DNA of 64,000 nucleotides from Candidatus Poribacteria bacterium (GTDB taxonomy: Bacteria; Poribacteria; WGA-4E; PCPOR2b), in assembly GCA_965198175.1 (NCBI GenBank), contig OZ240245.1, positions 4,256,001-4,320,000 on the forward strand. Reading direction: 5' to 3'. Position 1 is the first letter of the stretch, and each line of letters opens with the position of its first letter. The notes beneath the pieces are model-generated. The model had not been told where the DNA came from. It did no database searches and was given only the letters and a program-made list of their open reading frames with translations. Both the position numbers and the translations under genes were made by a program. Of the stretch, positions 10,186-21,000 are shown piece by piece.

Positions 10186-11373
10186 ATGGCACAACAACCA
10201 GTTATCAGTTACTTCTTACCTCCACGAATCGAGTTTGGTACTGGCGCAATCGGAAACTTAGGAGATCGCGTTGAATCATTTGATGGGAAAAAGCCGCTCA
10301 TCGCAACGGATGCGGGCGTTATAAGGGCGGGTATTCTATCCAAAGCCATCGAATCATTAGAGAGCACACAAATCAAATATGCCGTTTTCGACGAAATCGA
10401 GCCGAACCCAACGGATCTCATAGCGCTCAAAGGACTGGAATTATACCGCGCGGAAGCGTGTGATTTAGTAATTGCCATCGGTGGGGGAAGTGTGATGGAT
10501 GCAGCAAAGGCAATTCGGCTGCTCTCAACGCACGAACCACCGCTAGAACGCTACTTTCTCGATGGGGGCGGCATTGAACGTATTACCCCCAATCTTCCAC
10601 CGCTAATTTCGGTGCCGACAACCGCGGGAACCGGCAGTGAGGTGTCACAAGCCGCAATCGTAACAGATACTACGCTTCTCACGACGGATAGGTGGCGCAA
10701 GCGGGCGGTTGTCTCGCCACACATGATGTCCTCGCTCGCACTGCTAGATGCGGAATTGACGCTCGGTATGCCGCCTGCCTTGACCGCTGCAACAGGTATG
10801 GACGCTGTAACACACGGCATAGAGGCTTACGTTGCGACCCGGTATCACCCCATCTCAGAGGGGGTTGCCCTACAAACCTTGAGGATGCTCAGCAGGAGCA
10901 TCCGTCGCGCCTATCATCACGGCGACGATATCGAGGCGCGCGGCGAGATGTTACTTGCCGCTGCAATGGCAGCATTCTCTTTCCAGAAAGGCCTCGGCGC
11001 AGTTCACTCCCTCGCCCATCAACTTTCGTCGAAGGAAGCAAATATTCCACACGGTGTTGCGAATGCAATCTTGCTACCCCATGTTATGGCGTTTAATTTA
11101 CCTTATGCTGTTGATCGCTATGCGGAGGTTGCTGCTGCGTTAGGCGTGGCGATGTCAGGCGTGTCAAAGGAAGAGATGGCTCATGCGGCAATTGCAGAAG
11201 TCCATTCGTTGAACAGAGAGCTTGGAATGCCCACCGGATTGGGGAATGCGGGCTTGAAGCAGGAACATATTCCGAAACTAGCGAAGGACGCCATGCTCGA
11301 TCACTGCTACAAGTTTAACCCTCGCCTTTGCAATGAGGCGGACATGCAACATTTGTATGAGGCCGCGTTCTAG
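10186..11373 (+). CDS. Iron-containing alcohol dehydrogenase
   Basis: GGGSVMDAAK, PTTAGTGSE, GMDAVTHGIE, HSLAH, PHGVAN. Confidence 0.93.
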   Translation: MAQQPVISYFLPPRIEFGTGAIGNLGDRVESFDGKKPLIATDAGVIRAGILSKAIESLESTQIKYAVFDEIEPNPTDLIALKGLELYRAEACDLVIAIGGGSVMDAAKAIRLLSTHEPPLERYFLDGGGIERITPNLPPLISVPTTAGTGSEVSQAAIVTDTTLLTTDRWRKRAVVSPHMMSSLALLDAELTLGMPPALTAATGMDAVTHGIEAYVATRYHPISEGVALQTLRMLSRSIRRAYHHGDDIEARGEMLLAAAMAAFSFQKGLGAVHSLAHQLSSKEANIPHGVANAILLPHVMAFNLPYAVDRYAEVAAALGVAMSGVSKEEMAHAAIAEVHSLNRELGMPTGLGNAGLKQEHIPKLAKDAMLDHCYKFNPRLCNEADMQHLYEAAF

Positions 11374-11406
11374 AATCTATCTGTCCATCACCTACCAATC
11401 ATTCTC

Positions 11407-12330
11407 CTACCTCCCATCTGACGACACAAGAACCGTTAGCCCACGTTCGACAACTTCAATTGTTGCAGGCGTGTAACAGACCCGCTCTCCGTCAGCAAAA
11501 AGAAGGATGGGGGGCTCTGCATGGATAGTTAACGATTTGGTTCGGTGTATTCTCACAGCGCGGTGAGATGTATGCCCGCCCCAAAATAGCGAGATCATCA
11601 TACACAGCACGGTTCGACGCGGAACCGGTTTGATGATACAAACATCAAGAAGTCCATCATCCAGAACCGCGTCCGGTAAAATCTTCAGTCCACCACCATA
11701 GTGGCACGTAATCCCTGTTGCAGTGAGCAGGATGCCCCCGTCGTATACGCCGAAGTCGCCCTCAACCCGAGCGCTAGGCGACTCATAACTGAAAAGCGTT
11801 GTTATTGCGGTATAGACATAAGACATGGTTCCCGAGAAAGGGGCCCCCTCCACCGCAACGCGCCGGTTCACTTCCGAATCATAGCCGCATGTTACAATGG
11901 TGTCGAAATAACGGCCTCCGATTTTCCCGATATCAATTTGGCGAGTCACACCGTTTAACAGGACCTCCACTGCGGGAGCGAGTGCTTTTGGAATCCTTAA
12001 CGCCCCTGCGAGATCGTTTCCCTTACCGCACGGAAGCATCCCCAATACAACATCAGGCTTTTCCGCAATTGCGTTGACAATTTCATGTATCGTCCCATCA
12101 CCTCCACATGCGATAATCCACCGCTGACCATTCTGGATGGCTTCCCGTGCAAAACGATTCGCGTCACCCGGCTGGGTTGTCAACTCGATTGCACCTTTTA
12201 TCCCTTGAGCCGTGAGTTGGCGATAGGCTTTCTCGGCAATTACGGCTGCCTTACCTTTTCCGGCAACCGGGTTAGCGATGAGCGTAAAGTCCCAACGGGT
12301 ATGGTGTCCAATTGGAGTTTGCATGGCCAT
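11407..12330 (-). CDS. Diacylglycerol/lipid kinase family protein (YegS/BmrU)
   Basis: NPVAGKG, GGDGT, PCGKGNDLA, DDGLLDV, ADGE. Confidence 0.9.
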   Translation of the reverse strand: MAMQTPIGHHTRWDFTLIANPVAGKGKAAVIAEKAYRQLTAQGIKGAIELTTQPGDANRFAREAIQNGQRWIIACGGDGTIHEIVNAIAEKPDVVLGMLPCGKGNDLAGALRIPKALAPAVEVLLNGVTRQIDIGKIGGRYFDTIVTCGYDSEVNRRVAVEGAPFSGTMSYVYTAITTLFSYESPSARVEGDFGVYDGGILLTATGITCHYGGGLKILPDAVLDDGLLDVCIIKPVPRRTVLCMMISLFWGGHTSHRAVRIHRTKSLTIHAEPPILLFADGERVCYTPATIEVVERGLTVLVSSDGR

Positions 12331-12502
12331 GTTTTCCCTATCCTAAGCCCATCGTGAGGCATAACGTATGATAAAAATGGTGTGAAGCGGTCGCAATGCG
12401 TATGCTTTCTGTCTAAAAAGGTTGACCATTCTGCCATTCCTCCATCTGTTGCCATCCGTTTCCCGATGAGGCGATTCGCGCGTACTTTGATGCGTTAGCC
12501 AA

Positions 12503-13198
12503 TTAATTATCGCGGATTTCTTCAAGCCGGACAATCAGTTTGCCGAGTTGAAGGCGTAACAATAACGAATAAATCTGCACAAGCAAAACGACCTGCGCCT
12601 CAACCGTGAGCGTACTCTTCTGAATCAAGCGCGTGAAGTCATCAGCGCGTTGACGAATCTGATGTGTCCGCTCCAAGTCTATCTCCTCCGTGTTGTCCGC
12701 ACCTTCTTTGACAAATTGCCAGATTCGATCTTGAATCTCAAGCATATAGTTTTGGGTCATCGCTCGTCGCGCCCGTTTGGCGGAATCAATCCAAAGCGTG
12801 TTCGATTTCCAGTTTAGCATGAATGCAATGCCGTTAATGATTACATCGCGTAGTGTATCTTCTCCTGAGATTAGTTCTTCGAGATTGACCAGTCCTTCGG
12901 CTTCGGCAGAGAGAGTGCGCACCTTCGAATAATCTCTGAGATTCATCAGGGTAACTCTGTTTTCGGCAAGCAGGTTCCAAAATCCCGAACTTGTTGTAAG
13001 CATCGACTCGACATGTGCGTCCAAATCTGTCGGCTGTCCGGATCTCATGAAATAATGGTGAAGGGCGTGCAGTTGGCTACGGAGTTCCCAGAGATTTTCA
13101 GTGGTCTGTCTTTCTGCCGGTTTGGCAACGTGATGGAGGATATGCTGGCGAATGTAGTCAATAATATCATCTGCGGCGCGTTGGGCATTCATCGACAT
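12503..13198 (-). CDS. Hypothetical, predicted all-helical protein
   Basis: 231-aa ORF with protein-like composition and its own promoter; no motif recognised. Confidence 0.7.
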   Translation of the reverse strand: MSMNAQRAADDIIDYIRQHILHHVAKPAERQTTENLWELRSQLHALHHYFMRSGQPTDLDAHVESMLTTSSGFWNLLAENRVTLMNLRDYSKVRTLSAEAEGLVNLEELISGEDTLRDVIINGIAFMLNWKSNTLWIDSAKRARRAMTQNYMLEIQDRIWQFVKEGADNTEEIDLERTHQIRQRADDFTRLIQKSTLTVEAQVVLLVQIYSLLLRLQLGKLIVRLEEIRDN

Positions 13199-13239
13199 GC
13201 TGCCTTTTGTGAGTCTAATCTGACTGGGTTGACCGTTAG

Positions 13240-13268
13240 ATAGTAGCAGATTTTCGAATGAGTGTCAA
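13240..13268 (-). promoter_or_regulatory. sigma70-type promoter of the hypothetical gene
   Basis: Minus strand TTGACA-N17-TACTAT. Confidence 0.65.
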
Positions 13269-13432
13269 TATTTAAGAAGTTGAGAAACCGATTTGAACGC
13301 CCAGAAGTAAGACGCTAGCGATTCAAGATACATGAAAATAATGTTTCGAGAAGATTCCAGTTTCACTAGGGATACAGATTCTCAATGAACGAAAACTCCC
13401 AACTTATATCCTTCAAAACGCAAAGGAAATGC

Positions 13433-13461
13433 TTGACAAAGTTCTCGATATGCTTTATACT
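13433..13461 (+). promoter_or_regulatory. sigma70-type promoter
   Basis: TTGACA-N17-TATACT. Confidence 0.75.
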
Positions 13462-13472
13462 CTTGTATCATA

Positions 13473-13518
13473 ACACAATATGTAGTTGTTTAGATTGTAA
13501 TGCCCCAACATATAGTGT
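13473..13518 (+). promoter_or_regulatory. Tandem NrdR-box-like operators
   Basis: ACACAATATGTAGTTG (13473) and CCCCAACATATAGTGT (13503) both fit acaCwAtATaTwGtg. Confidence 0.55.
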
Positions 13519-13617
13519 ATACTACTTTGGCATCATCCATATATTCCGTTCCGCTGGCATAACTAACACAATATGCGGGCATTAAGCAGAAACTAGCGAT
13601 AGATTCCGCAAACTAAC

Positions 13618-14877
13618 ATGGCTTCACTCGACTCCAATCCCGCGGCAGGTTATCTAATGGGGAAAACAGCATCTTTGGTTATTGTCTTGTGGTTTTGTTT
13701 TCAGATTCTCATTCCTCAAGTTTGCCCTGCCCAAGTGAAGCCTACTTCTCCAACGGGTGCTCCCACAGAAGATGACACTGTTGCAAAAGCAACACTATCA
13801 GAGCCGTTAGAACCCGAAGCGAAAATAGGCGCCCGGAGTCGAGTTGTGCGGTTTGGCGATTTCAATCTCGGTACAACGGAAACTGTTGAGAGTATTATTT
13901 TAGTCGGTGGTACGGCAAGGATTCGAGGACGAGTGAATGGTAACGTGTTCGTTTTAAGCGGGGATGTTGAAATACAAGATCGGGCGTTACTGTTCAGTGT
14001 GGGGCCTCAGTTTAGGGAGAATTTAGAACACGGGATTATCCTTGCGAATTTTCGACAGGCGTTTAAAAACAACGGCTTTTCGCTCTCTGATAATGTCACT
14101 GTCTCAGTTGCAGACAAACGCAGCAAATGGATGATAAATGATGAAGATAATTTGAAGAAGTACATTATCAGAAATGCCGCGGGTAGGCTAGACATTTACG
14201 ATCACGCGCAGATTTTGGGGAAGGTGACGGTAGTTTTCGGCAAAATCTTCGGAAAGATAGAAACCGATCGGACAGCAGAGATCTATCAAGAAATCAATAG
14301 TTGGAGAGATGTCCCGGCAGCTATCAAATTAATGATGCATCCGCAAGAACTGTGGTGGGAGACACCTAAACAGAAGCGGTTTTGGGGTGCACTTACATTT
14401 GTCACCCTGACGCTTATCCACGTGCTGATCGTTACTGTCTTCCCGCGGCAAATGGACAATATGGCATATGCAATTTCCCACCATCCAATTGGGAGCACGC
14501 TACTTGGGTTAATCTTGTTAATCATTGTTCCCTATCTCAGCATCATCTTAATCCTATCGATTATCGGTATTCCATTGATGCTGCTTTTTTTCTCCGTTTT
14601 GTTGCCGATGGCAATCTATGGCAAAACGGCAATTTTCCTTTCAATCGGCAAGACTATCTTTCCGAAGCGATCCAATGTTGTTTCTGTCATCGCCGGATAT
14701 GCGATCTATTGGATGGCGACTTGGATTCCACCTATCAAGCATCTTACTTTCATTATCGCCAGTGCCATCGGGATTGCTATCTGTCTCCGAACGGTGTTTG
14801 GGCAAAAATCAACCCAACTCCGTAAGGATCCTCCCCGGCCGCAATTTACCTCTCCCAATTTTCTACACAATCGATGA
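13618..14877 (+). CDS. Membrane protein: signal peptide, beta-helix (polymer-forming/bactofilin-like) repeats with a 70-aa insertion, C-terminal multi-TM domain
   Basis: GDFNLG..V.SIILVGG.ARIRGRVNGNVFVLSGDV repeat pattern; hydrophobic C-terminus with LSIIGIPL. Confidence 0.75.
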   Translation: MASLDSNPAAGYLMGKTASLVIVLWFCFQILIPQVCPAQVKPTSPTGAPTEDDTVAKATLSEPLEPEAKIGARSRVVRFGDFNLGTTETVESIILVGGTARIRGRVNGNVFVLSGDVEIQDRALLFSVGPQFRENLEHGIILANFRQAFKNNGFSLSDNVTVSVADKRSKWMINDEDNLKKYIIRNAAGRLDIYDHAQILGKVTVVFGKIFGKIETDRTAEIYQEINSWRDVPAAIKLMMHPQELWWETPKQKRFWGALTFVTLTLIHVLIVTVFPRQMDNMAYAISHHPIGSTLLGLILLIIVPYLSIILILSIIGIPLMLLFFSVLLPMAIYGKTAIFLSIGKTIFPKRSNVVSVIAGYAIYWMATWIPPIKHLTFIIASAIGIAICLRTVFGQKSTQLRKDPPRPQFTSPNFLHNR

Positions 14878-14910
14878 TTATTCAGATTGCGTTTTTGAGT
14901 ATTTTGATTA

Positions 14911-15651
14911 TTAAGACGCTAGCACTGGCAATTGAGTTCCTACGGATGCAGTGTAGCGTTTGAAGGCTTCAGCATATTTTATTGTGCGTCCGCTCCACTG
15001 CGTTGCTTGGGCTCCCCGGTACTCCGCCCATTGCGTATACCGAGTGACCAACTTGGTCTGTGAACGGAGAGCGTGAAGTGCGGCGATTTTCGTCTCGAAG
15101 ACCTCTGTGATATCTACGTAGGTGTCCGGCGCAAAACCAGTGATGTCATCGCGCGGAACTGACGGTTCAAAACCAAAAAGATGAGGAAACGGATGAACCG
15201 TTTCGCTGTCATGGTCAAAGCCAGGGACACCAGCCATCGTTGCAGCGCGTATGACGGATGCCGTCGTCACTTCATGGTCCAAATTGTGAGGGTCTATCTT
15301 CCAGTGAGTCAAAATAATATCCGGACGACGCTGCCGAATAAGCCTCGCCATCGTTTCCAGACGCGCTCTATCGATTATCAGAGGATAGTCACCGTAATCC
15401 AAAAACGCAATGTTCGCCCCAAGGATAGCGGCGGCTTCTTCAGCCTCCTCCGCCCGTGCTTCCCTCGCCTTGGTCATCGATTTGGGGGGAGCTTGCCCCC
15501 AATAATCCTCGGATTCTCCACGCTCGCCGAAGGTCAGGTCGACTACGTGAACTTGTGCACCGTTACGGACGTAAAGCGCTATCGTTCCGCCGCTGCGTGA
15601 GCAGAAGTCGGCGGCATGCGCGCTGAAAACAAGGATGCTGAAATTACTCAT
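14911..15651 (-). CDS. PIG-L family deacetylase, GalB (4-oxalomesaconate hydratase)-like
   Basis: SAHAADF..R.GG.IA, LTFGERGES, GDYPL, DPHNLDH, DTYVDIT. Confidence 0.8.
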   Translation of the reverse strand: MSNFSILVFSAHAADFCSRSGGTIALYVRNGAQVHVVDLTFGERGESEDYWGQAPPKSMTKAREARAEEAEEAAAILGANIAFLDYGDYPLIIDRARLETMARLIRQRRPDIILTHWKIDPHNLDHEVTTASVIRAATMAGVPGFDHDSETVHPFPHLFGFEPSVPRDDITGFAPDTYVDITEVFETKIAALHALRSQTKLVTRYTQWAEYRGAQATQWSGRTIKYAEAFKRYTASVGTQLPVLAS

Positions 15652-15659
15652 TGTTATTC

Positions 15660-16916
15660 CTAACCTGTGCTGGGTAGTATGGGTCGCGCTCGATCTTGGG
15701 GGATGAGCGGACGACTACCATCAGCCGTAACGGCGAATGATTGCTCGATGTGCAACGAGCCGACGCCTGGAATAGCGATCATTGCCTCCAAGTTGAGGAC
15801 CATGTCCGCTTCGAGCGGCAGATCCGACGGCTCGTCCACGCAATCGTCCCTGATGCTTTGTCCGTTGTTCGCAACGATGATCGGGTAATCCCGAACTTCC
15901 AAGCCCAAACCGTGCCCGTGAGGGAACGAGGCGGTGACACCGTGCGCGTTGAGGGTTTGCCACATGGCTGCATGTACCTCTGATGCTTTCACTCCCGGCT
16001 TAATGACCTCCACACCTGCACGTGTACAAGCACGCAGTGCTGCATGCTTTTCGAGCAGTAGTGCAGAGGGTTCGCGCATCGCCAATGTCGTTCCGCTGTC
16101 CGAGAAGCAATACTCGTAAATACAACCAAAATCCACATAAAGCAGATCGTCGTCAGTTAGGACGTATTTCGACTCTGTGGCAATGCCGAGACCCCGCACA
16201 CCAAACGCAAAGTGATCAAAATCTGCGCCATCCCTGGCGACCTGTGCACGGTAGTGCTGGACAAGTTCGGAGATAGGGTGGCCGGGCCGAGCGGTACCGA
16301 GACTTTCCATCGCCGCTCGTTCGCTGATTTCGGCGGCGCGCGTCAGTTTCGATAGTTCATCTTCGGTCTTGACCATCCGAATGAGGCGAATAAGATTCGA
16401 GCAATCCTTAATCGTCGCCCTTGGCAAGCCTCGCTCAATTGCCACCTTTGATGTCGGTGCCAACCCTTCCATGTCCAAGCCAATCCGAGCGTCAGTCAAT
16501 CCACGCGCTTTTAGGATGCTCAAAACTGCGTCGGTTGGCGTTGCATTTTGTTGCTTCTTATGAACTAGCTCAAGAAAACGTCGGTCAACGTCGGACAAGG
16601 CCGTAGGAGGCACCGATTCATCTAGGAGCCCAGCGCCAAAGGTATGCAGATCTTTTACCCACAAATCGGCTGCATTCACTGCAAACAATGGGGTGACAAC
16701 AAGCGCAGGTTCGCCCTCAAGCGGGAATATAGCGTAGGGACCAGTTTGATCCAGATTGCTTGACCTACCCGGCGCCATCATATATTCTCTGAACAGCGGT
16801 TCAAGCCAGCAAAAATAACCTGAAAAATATGTAATGTTCACGGGTGAAGTCGCCACAAGAACATCTACTTCGCAGCGTCGCATATACTCCACCGCCCGGT
16901 CTTTGTTGAAGAGCAT
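15660..16916 (-). CDS. M24 family (Xaa-Pro) peptidase-like protein
   Basis: Creatinase-type N domain; RMVKT..E; metal ligands DFG...SD, HGHGLG, NLE, HIE. Confidence 0.85.
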   Translation of the reverse strand: MLFNKDRAVEYMRRCEVDVLVATSPVNITYFSGYFCWLEPLFREYMMAPGRSSNLDQTGPYAIFPLEGEPALVVTPLFAVNAADLWVKDLHTFGAGLLDESVPPTALSDVDRRFLELVHKKQQNATPTDAVLSILKARGLTDARIGLDMEGLAPTSKVAIERGLPRATIKDCSNLIRLIRMVKTEDELSKLTRAAEISERAAMESLGTARPGHPISELVQHYRAQVARDGADFDHFAFGVRGLGIATESKYVLTDDDLLYVDFGCIYEYCFSDSGTTLAMREPSALLLEKHAALRACTRAGVEVIKPGVKASEVHAAMWQTLNAHGVTASFPHGHGLGLEVRDYPIIVANNGQSIRDDCVDEPSDLPLEADMVLNLEAMIAIPGVGSLHIEQSFAVTADGSRPLIPQDRARPILPSTG

Positions 16917-17000
16917 AATGCTACTCCTAATAATTGTAGAGATGGGAGTTTAGGTCCGCAGGCGTCAAGTGAAAAGCGTTGCCGCTCTGCCACATCGTCC

Positions 17001-17888
17001 TCAACCAATGCCAATTTCGCGCAGATACGCGCGGGTGCGTTTAGCGATGGGCAGAGGTTTGTCAAACGGCGCAGGATACATGTCCTGTTCTACGATTGCA
17101 AAGCCTTCGTAATCAATATCGCTGAGCACGTCCCGGAACGCAAGAAAATCCACCGCTCCCGCAGATGGCTCACAAAACATATCCATACTCACAGCGGTGG
17201 CAAATGGAATATTTTCGGCTTCGACGTTCTGACTTATGTTTTCATCAATACTCTTGAGATGCAAGTAGGGAATTCGATCGTGATGTCGTCGCATAAAACG
17301 CACCGGATCGCCGCCGCGATAGGCATGATGACCGGTATCGAAGCAAATTTTCACCCGTTCGGGATTCGTTTGCTCCAGAAACATCTCTATCTGATCTTCG
17401 TATTCGACATGTGTGTCGGCGTGAGGGTGAAAGACAACCTGGAGTCCAAATCGATTGTGTGCGATATCAGTCACCTTGTGCGTTGTGTCAATTAATCGTT
17501 TCCACGCACTTTCGTCGAGCGAATTAGGTCTCTGTTGTTCACCTGTAAAGGGGTTGGTATAAGTATCGTCAATCAACACCAGATATTCAGCCCCGAGGAA
17601 CGCCAGCGATTCACCTGCACCCAACACTTGTTTTTCCAACGTCGGCCATGATGCAGGATCTTCAAGATGGTCCATGGCAAACGTCCCGGACACCTTCATA
17701 CCCCGCTTGTCCAGTTCGGATTGGAGTGTAGGCAAATCAGTGGGAAGATAACCGTAAGGCCCAAGTTCAGTCCACTCATATCCAGCTTCGACCATTTCAT
17801 CTAGGAATCGATGCCATGGGGTTTGCTTGGGATCGTCTGGAAACCAGACGCCCCAGTTATCCGGCGCACTACCGATTCTAACATTCAT
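17001..17888 (-). CDS. Myo-inosose-2 dehydratase (IolE)-like TIM barrel
   Basis: APDNWGVWF, ELGPYGYLP, FHPH..T.VE, DTGH, HLK, IVEQD. Confidence 0.8.
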   Translation of the reverse strand: MNVRIGSAPDNWGVWFPDDPKQTPWHRFLDEMVEAGYEWTELGPYGYLPTDLPTLQSELDKRGMKVSGTFAMDHLEDPASWPTLEKQVLGAGESLAFLGAEYLVLIDDTYTNPFTGEQQRPNSLDESAWKRLIDTTHKVTDIAHNRFGLQVVFHPHADTHVEYEDQIEMFLEQTNPERVKICFDTGHHAYRGGDPVRFMRRHHDRIPYLHLKSIDENISQNVEAENIPFATAVSMDMFCEPSAGAVDFLAFRDVLSDIDYEGFAIVEQDMYPAPFDKPLPIAKRTRAYLREIGIG

Positions 17889-18098
17889 AAACTTCGCTCC
17901 TCAAACTGATAGTTGTTTTCTGTTATCGAGTTTTGGCGTTTCGCTCTGCCCGGCACATCGTCTTCAAAAAGAAGCACGTCACCGAATTCGACGTTACTGT
18001 CGTTTGACAATGGGAGTGAAGATATTCAAACCAGGCAATTTTAGCGAATTCTTGGGGACTATGTCAAGAGGTAAGCATGTCCCAGATTACCGTCATCA

Positions 18099-21000
18099 TC
18101 ACAGTGACTCGACAACAGTCAGGGCAGCCACGGCAATGATGCTCTCAGTACATACCGACCGGAACTCGACCTCCTTTAGAACGCACTTCGGATTGGAGTC
18201 AATCCGAAGTGCGTCAGCGTGGGAAATCAACACCTCCCGGTTGTCAAACCCGCTTCCCCACGGGTCAACATAAAAAAGTTTCCCCAGTGGAACCGGTACG
18301 CCTTTTAGACTGTAGTGTTGGAAATACGTATCCATATTGTAGGGAGGGATTAATTGCTCGACCTGCGTTACACCGTCAGCGTAGCGCAAGATAATTTCAC
18401 CGTTGGGAATATAGTTCTTCATGGCGTGGGCGTAACTTTGCATCAACGGCCAGACCTGGTCGCACTTCCTCCCGATTGCAATGGTTGCTGATGCGGGAAG
18501 CGGATAGGGAGGCGTGATGCTCAGCGCAATTAACCGTGGGTGTTCCGGATACCCTGTACATTGCGTGTCAGCAATCAGGAAGCGGGTTCCCGTACTAGCA
18601 TCCAATGTGAGTGGGTGGGGCCAAAGACCGGCGTGACGGTTGGCACCGCAAGATTTGCCTTCAGGCGGAATGATAACTGGCAGACCCCAAAAGTTGCGCA
18701 GAGGAATCGGTTTGTCATCGTAGTCAAAAATGAACTGGGTTTCGGCCAGCTCCCGGTAGCCGACATTGTAATGCTCGCGAAGATCAATCATGACCTGGCG
18801 ACGCCTTTCATCGCGTGTCAGTTGAGTCGGACGAACCAGTCCGGATTCCCCAAGTTGGAGTGCCTGGTCGAAATTGACAACCTCAATTGCGCGGGATTCC
18901 ATCTGTTGGTCAGACGGCACGGCTTTGATTCGAATTGTTGGTTTGTGTTTGGGTCTCTGATAGGCAACGGGCTCCCCGAGATTGACTCTTACGGTCGAAC
19001 GTGATTCCCGATTGGTAGTCACTTCCTCACCGGTGAGATTGCCTCTCACTACTTTGATAAGCGGCACCATACTGGTAATTTCGAACAGCGCCGTATCGCC
19101 TTCCCGCTTGTACGTATACGAAAAGTCGGGAGTTTTAATGGAAGCCTCCGTCCAGTCATTAGGAAAGTTTGGCGCGATATAAAGCCTGTCCTCATGTATC
19201 GCTGGCGTGATGCCATAAAGTCCTCGCACAGCCATGTGGATGTGCGCGTCGGTGGAATCCAACTGCTCCTCGATTCCTGCAGATGCTCCCTTGTTATTTA
19301 CGCCGTAGTTCACGCCAGGGTATCTGCCGTTAAACGAGGCCCTCACAATTGTAGAAATGTACTTCCACCACACATCAGCATCGCCCACTTTCAACCCCGC
19401 CAATGCAGCTCGGCAAGTGTCTCCAGTGTGCACAAACTGCAAGCTCCAGCGCAGGGGAAACCAGTCACTGCTCATCATAAGATGAATGCCAGGGTTTGGG
19501 TTGAATCCAAAGTGTGATTCCACCCAACGCATAGCTTTGCGGCCCTGCTCAAGGGTTATCGCCCCAAACTCCACTGCCAGACATTCGTTCCAGCTCTGCA
19601 TGTGTTCGCGCCAAATTCCGTCTCCACCAATTGAGCCGAGAACACCTTCTTTTTCCCTCCACATCTCGTGCTGAATCGCTGAATAAGACTTATCCGCGTA
19701 AATCTGGTAGGTCTTCTCCGCCTCCTCGTCTCCGACGATTCGGGCTATCTTCGCCGCGCGATCAAGCATAGCCCAGCTCGTCACGGTGACCGTTACTGCC
19801 TTGGGACCTTCGCCACCGTTATCCCCGGTCCAAAACCCGTAGTGCTCGCGAAACAGCCCATCGCCGTCGGGATCACACATCCTGCACTGCCAGTCTACTG
19901 CCTTTTTGACTGCGGGCCACAGATCACGAATGAACTGTTCGTCGGCTGTCCAGCAGTAGTTCCACCACACCTGGTCAACCCAGAACGGATTATGATTTTC
20001 ACGGATGGCGGGCTCTAGTGACTGGCAAATCCACGGAATCGCGCCGTCAACAGATTCAATGTATGAGTAATGCCGGTTCGGTGCGTTGCGGTCGGGGATG
20101 GGATAAGTTTCATCATCCAACTGCAACGCTCCGTAAAGCCGCAGACATGTCTTGTGGCTTTCATGATCTCCGCACCATGTCTTACCCCACCAACCGGGCG
20201 ACAGGTGCCCATACGCATCGGATTCACTTCCGCCATTGGTCAGGCCTGGTCCGAGCTGGTTATACTGTGTCGTTGTATAGACCCACGACATCAGGCAGTT
20301 GAAGAATGTATCCGGGGTGTTGACCTGAAACTGGGATCGCCGAGCATCCCACCAAGCAATTGTCCGTTGCAATTCGTCGGCGGGATTCTGCATCGCCGCA
20401 ACGAACTTCTGTCTTGGTTCCAATGCGCGACCGATAATCGCCTCGAACCACGATTGTTTCAACCCATCCCGAGTCTGTCGCCAGGTAGACGTGTTTTTTG
20501 TGTCCAAACGTCTCATCATCTGATCAGCCATTTCGGTATCATAGTCGGTAACGCCCCAGACCATCACAACATGGAGAGATTGCACTTTCTCCGCTGTAAT
20601 GTATTGTGCTTCGTCGCCACGAGTTCCCTTGAGTTTTGATCCGCTGGCTCTTGCATCAACGCCGAACCAGAGCTCGACATTGCCCATGTTGAACTCCGTT
20701 AGCCGTGCGGAGCCATCAATGAACTCAACCTCGTTCTCGTCATATTCTGGTCCGGCCCAACTCCGGTCACTCGCCCAGGTCATACCGTATGACCGCGCTA
20801 GAATCGATACAGGACACTGTGTGGCGACCTTGCATACAAGTCCGTGGCCACCCATCAATGGCGCAACAGTGATGTTGAGCCTGCCCAGCTCCGGTTCCTT
20901 CTCTATCTCATAATGCGTGTATCCCGGCATAAACGTCGTGGCAATGTCGTCAATCTCATGAAGCCACATGACATCCCCGCTACCGTGAACCACACCGAGC

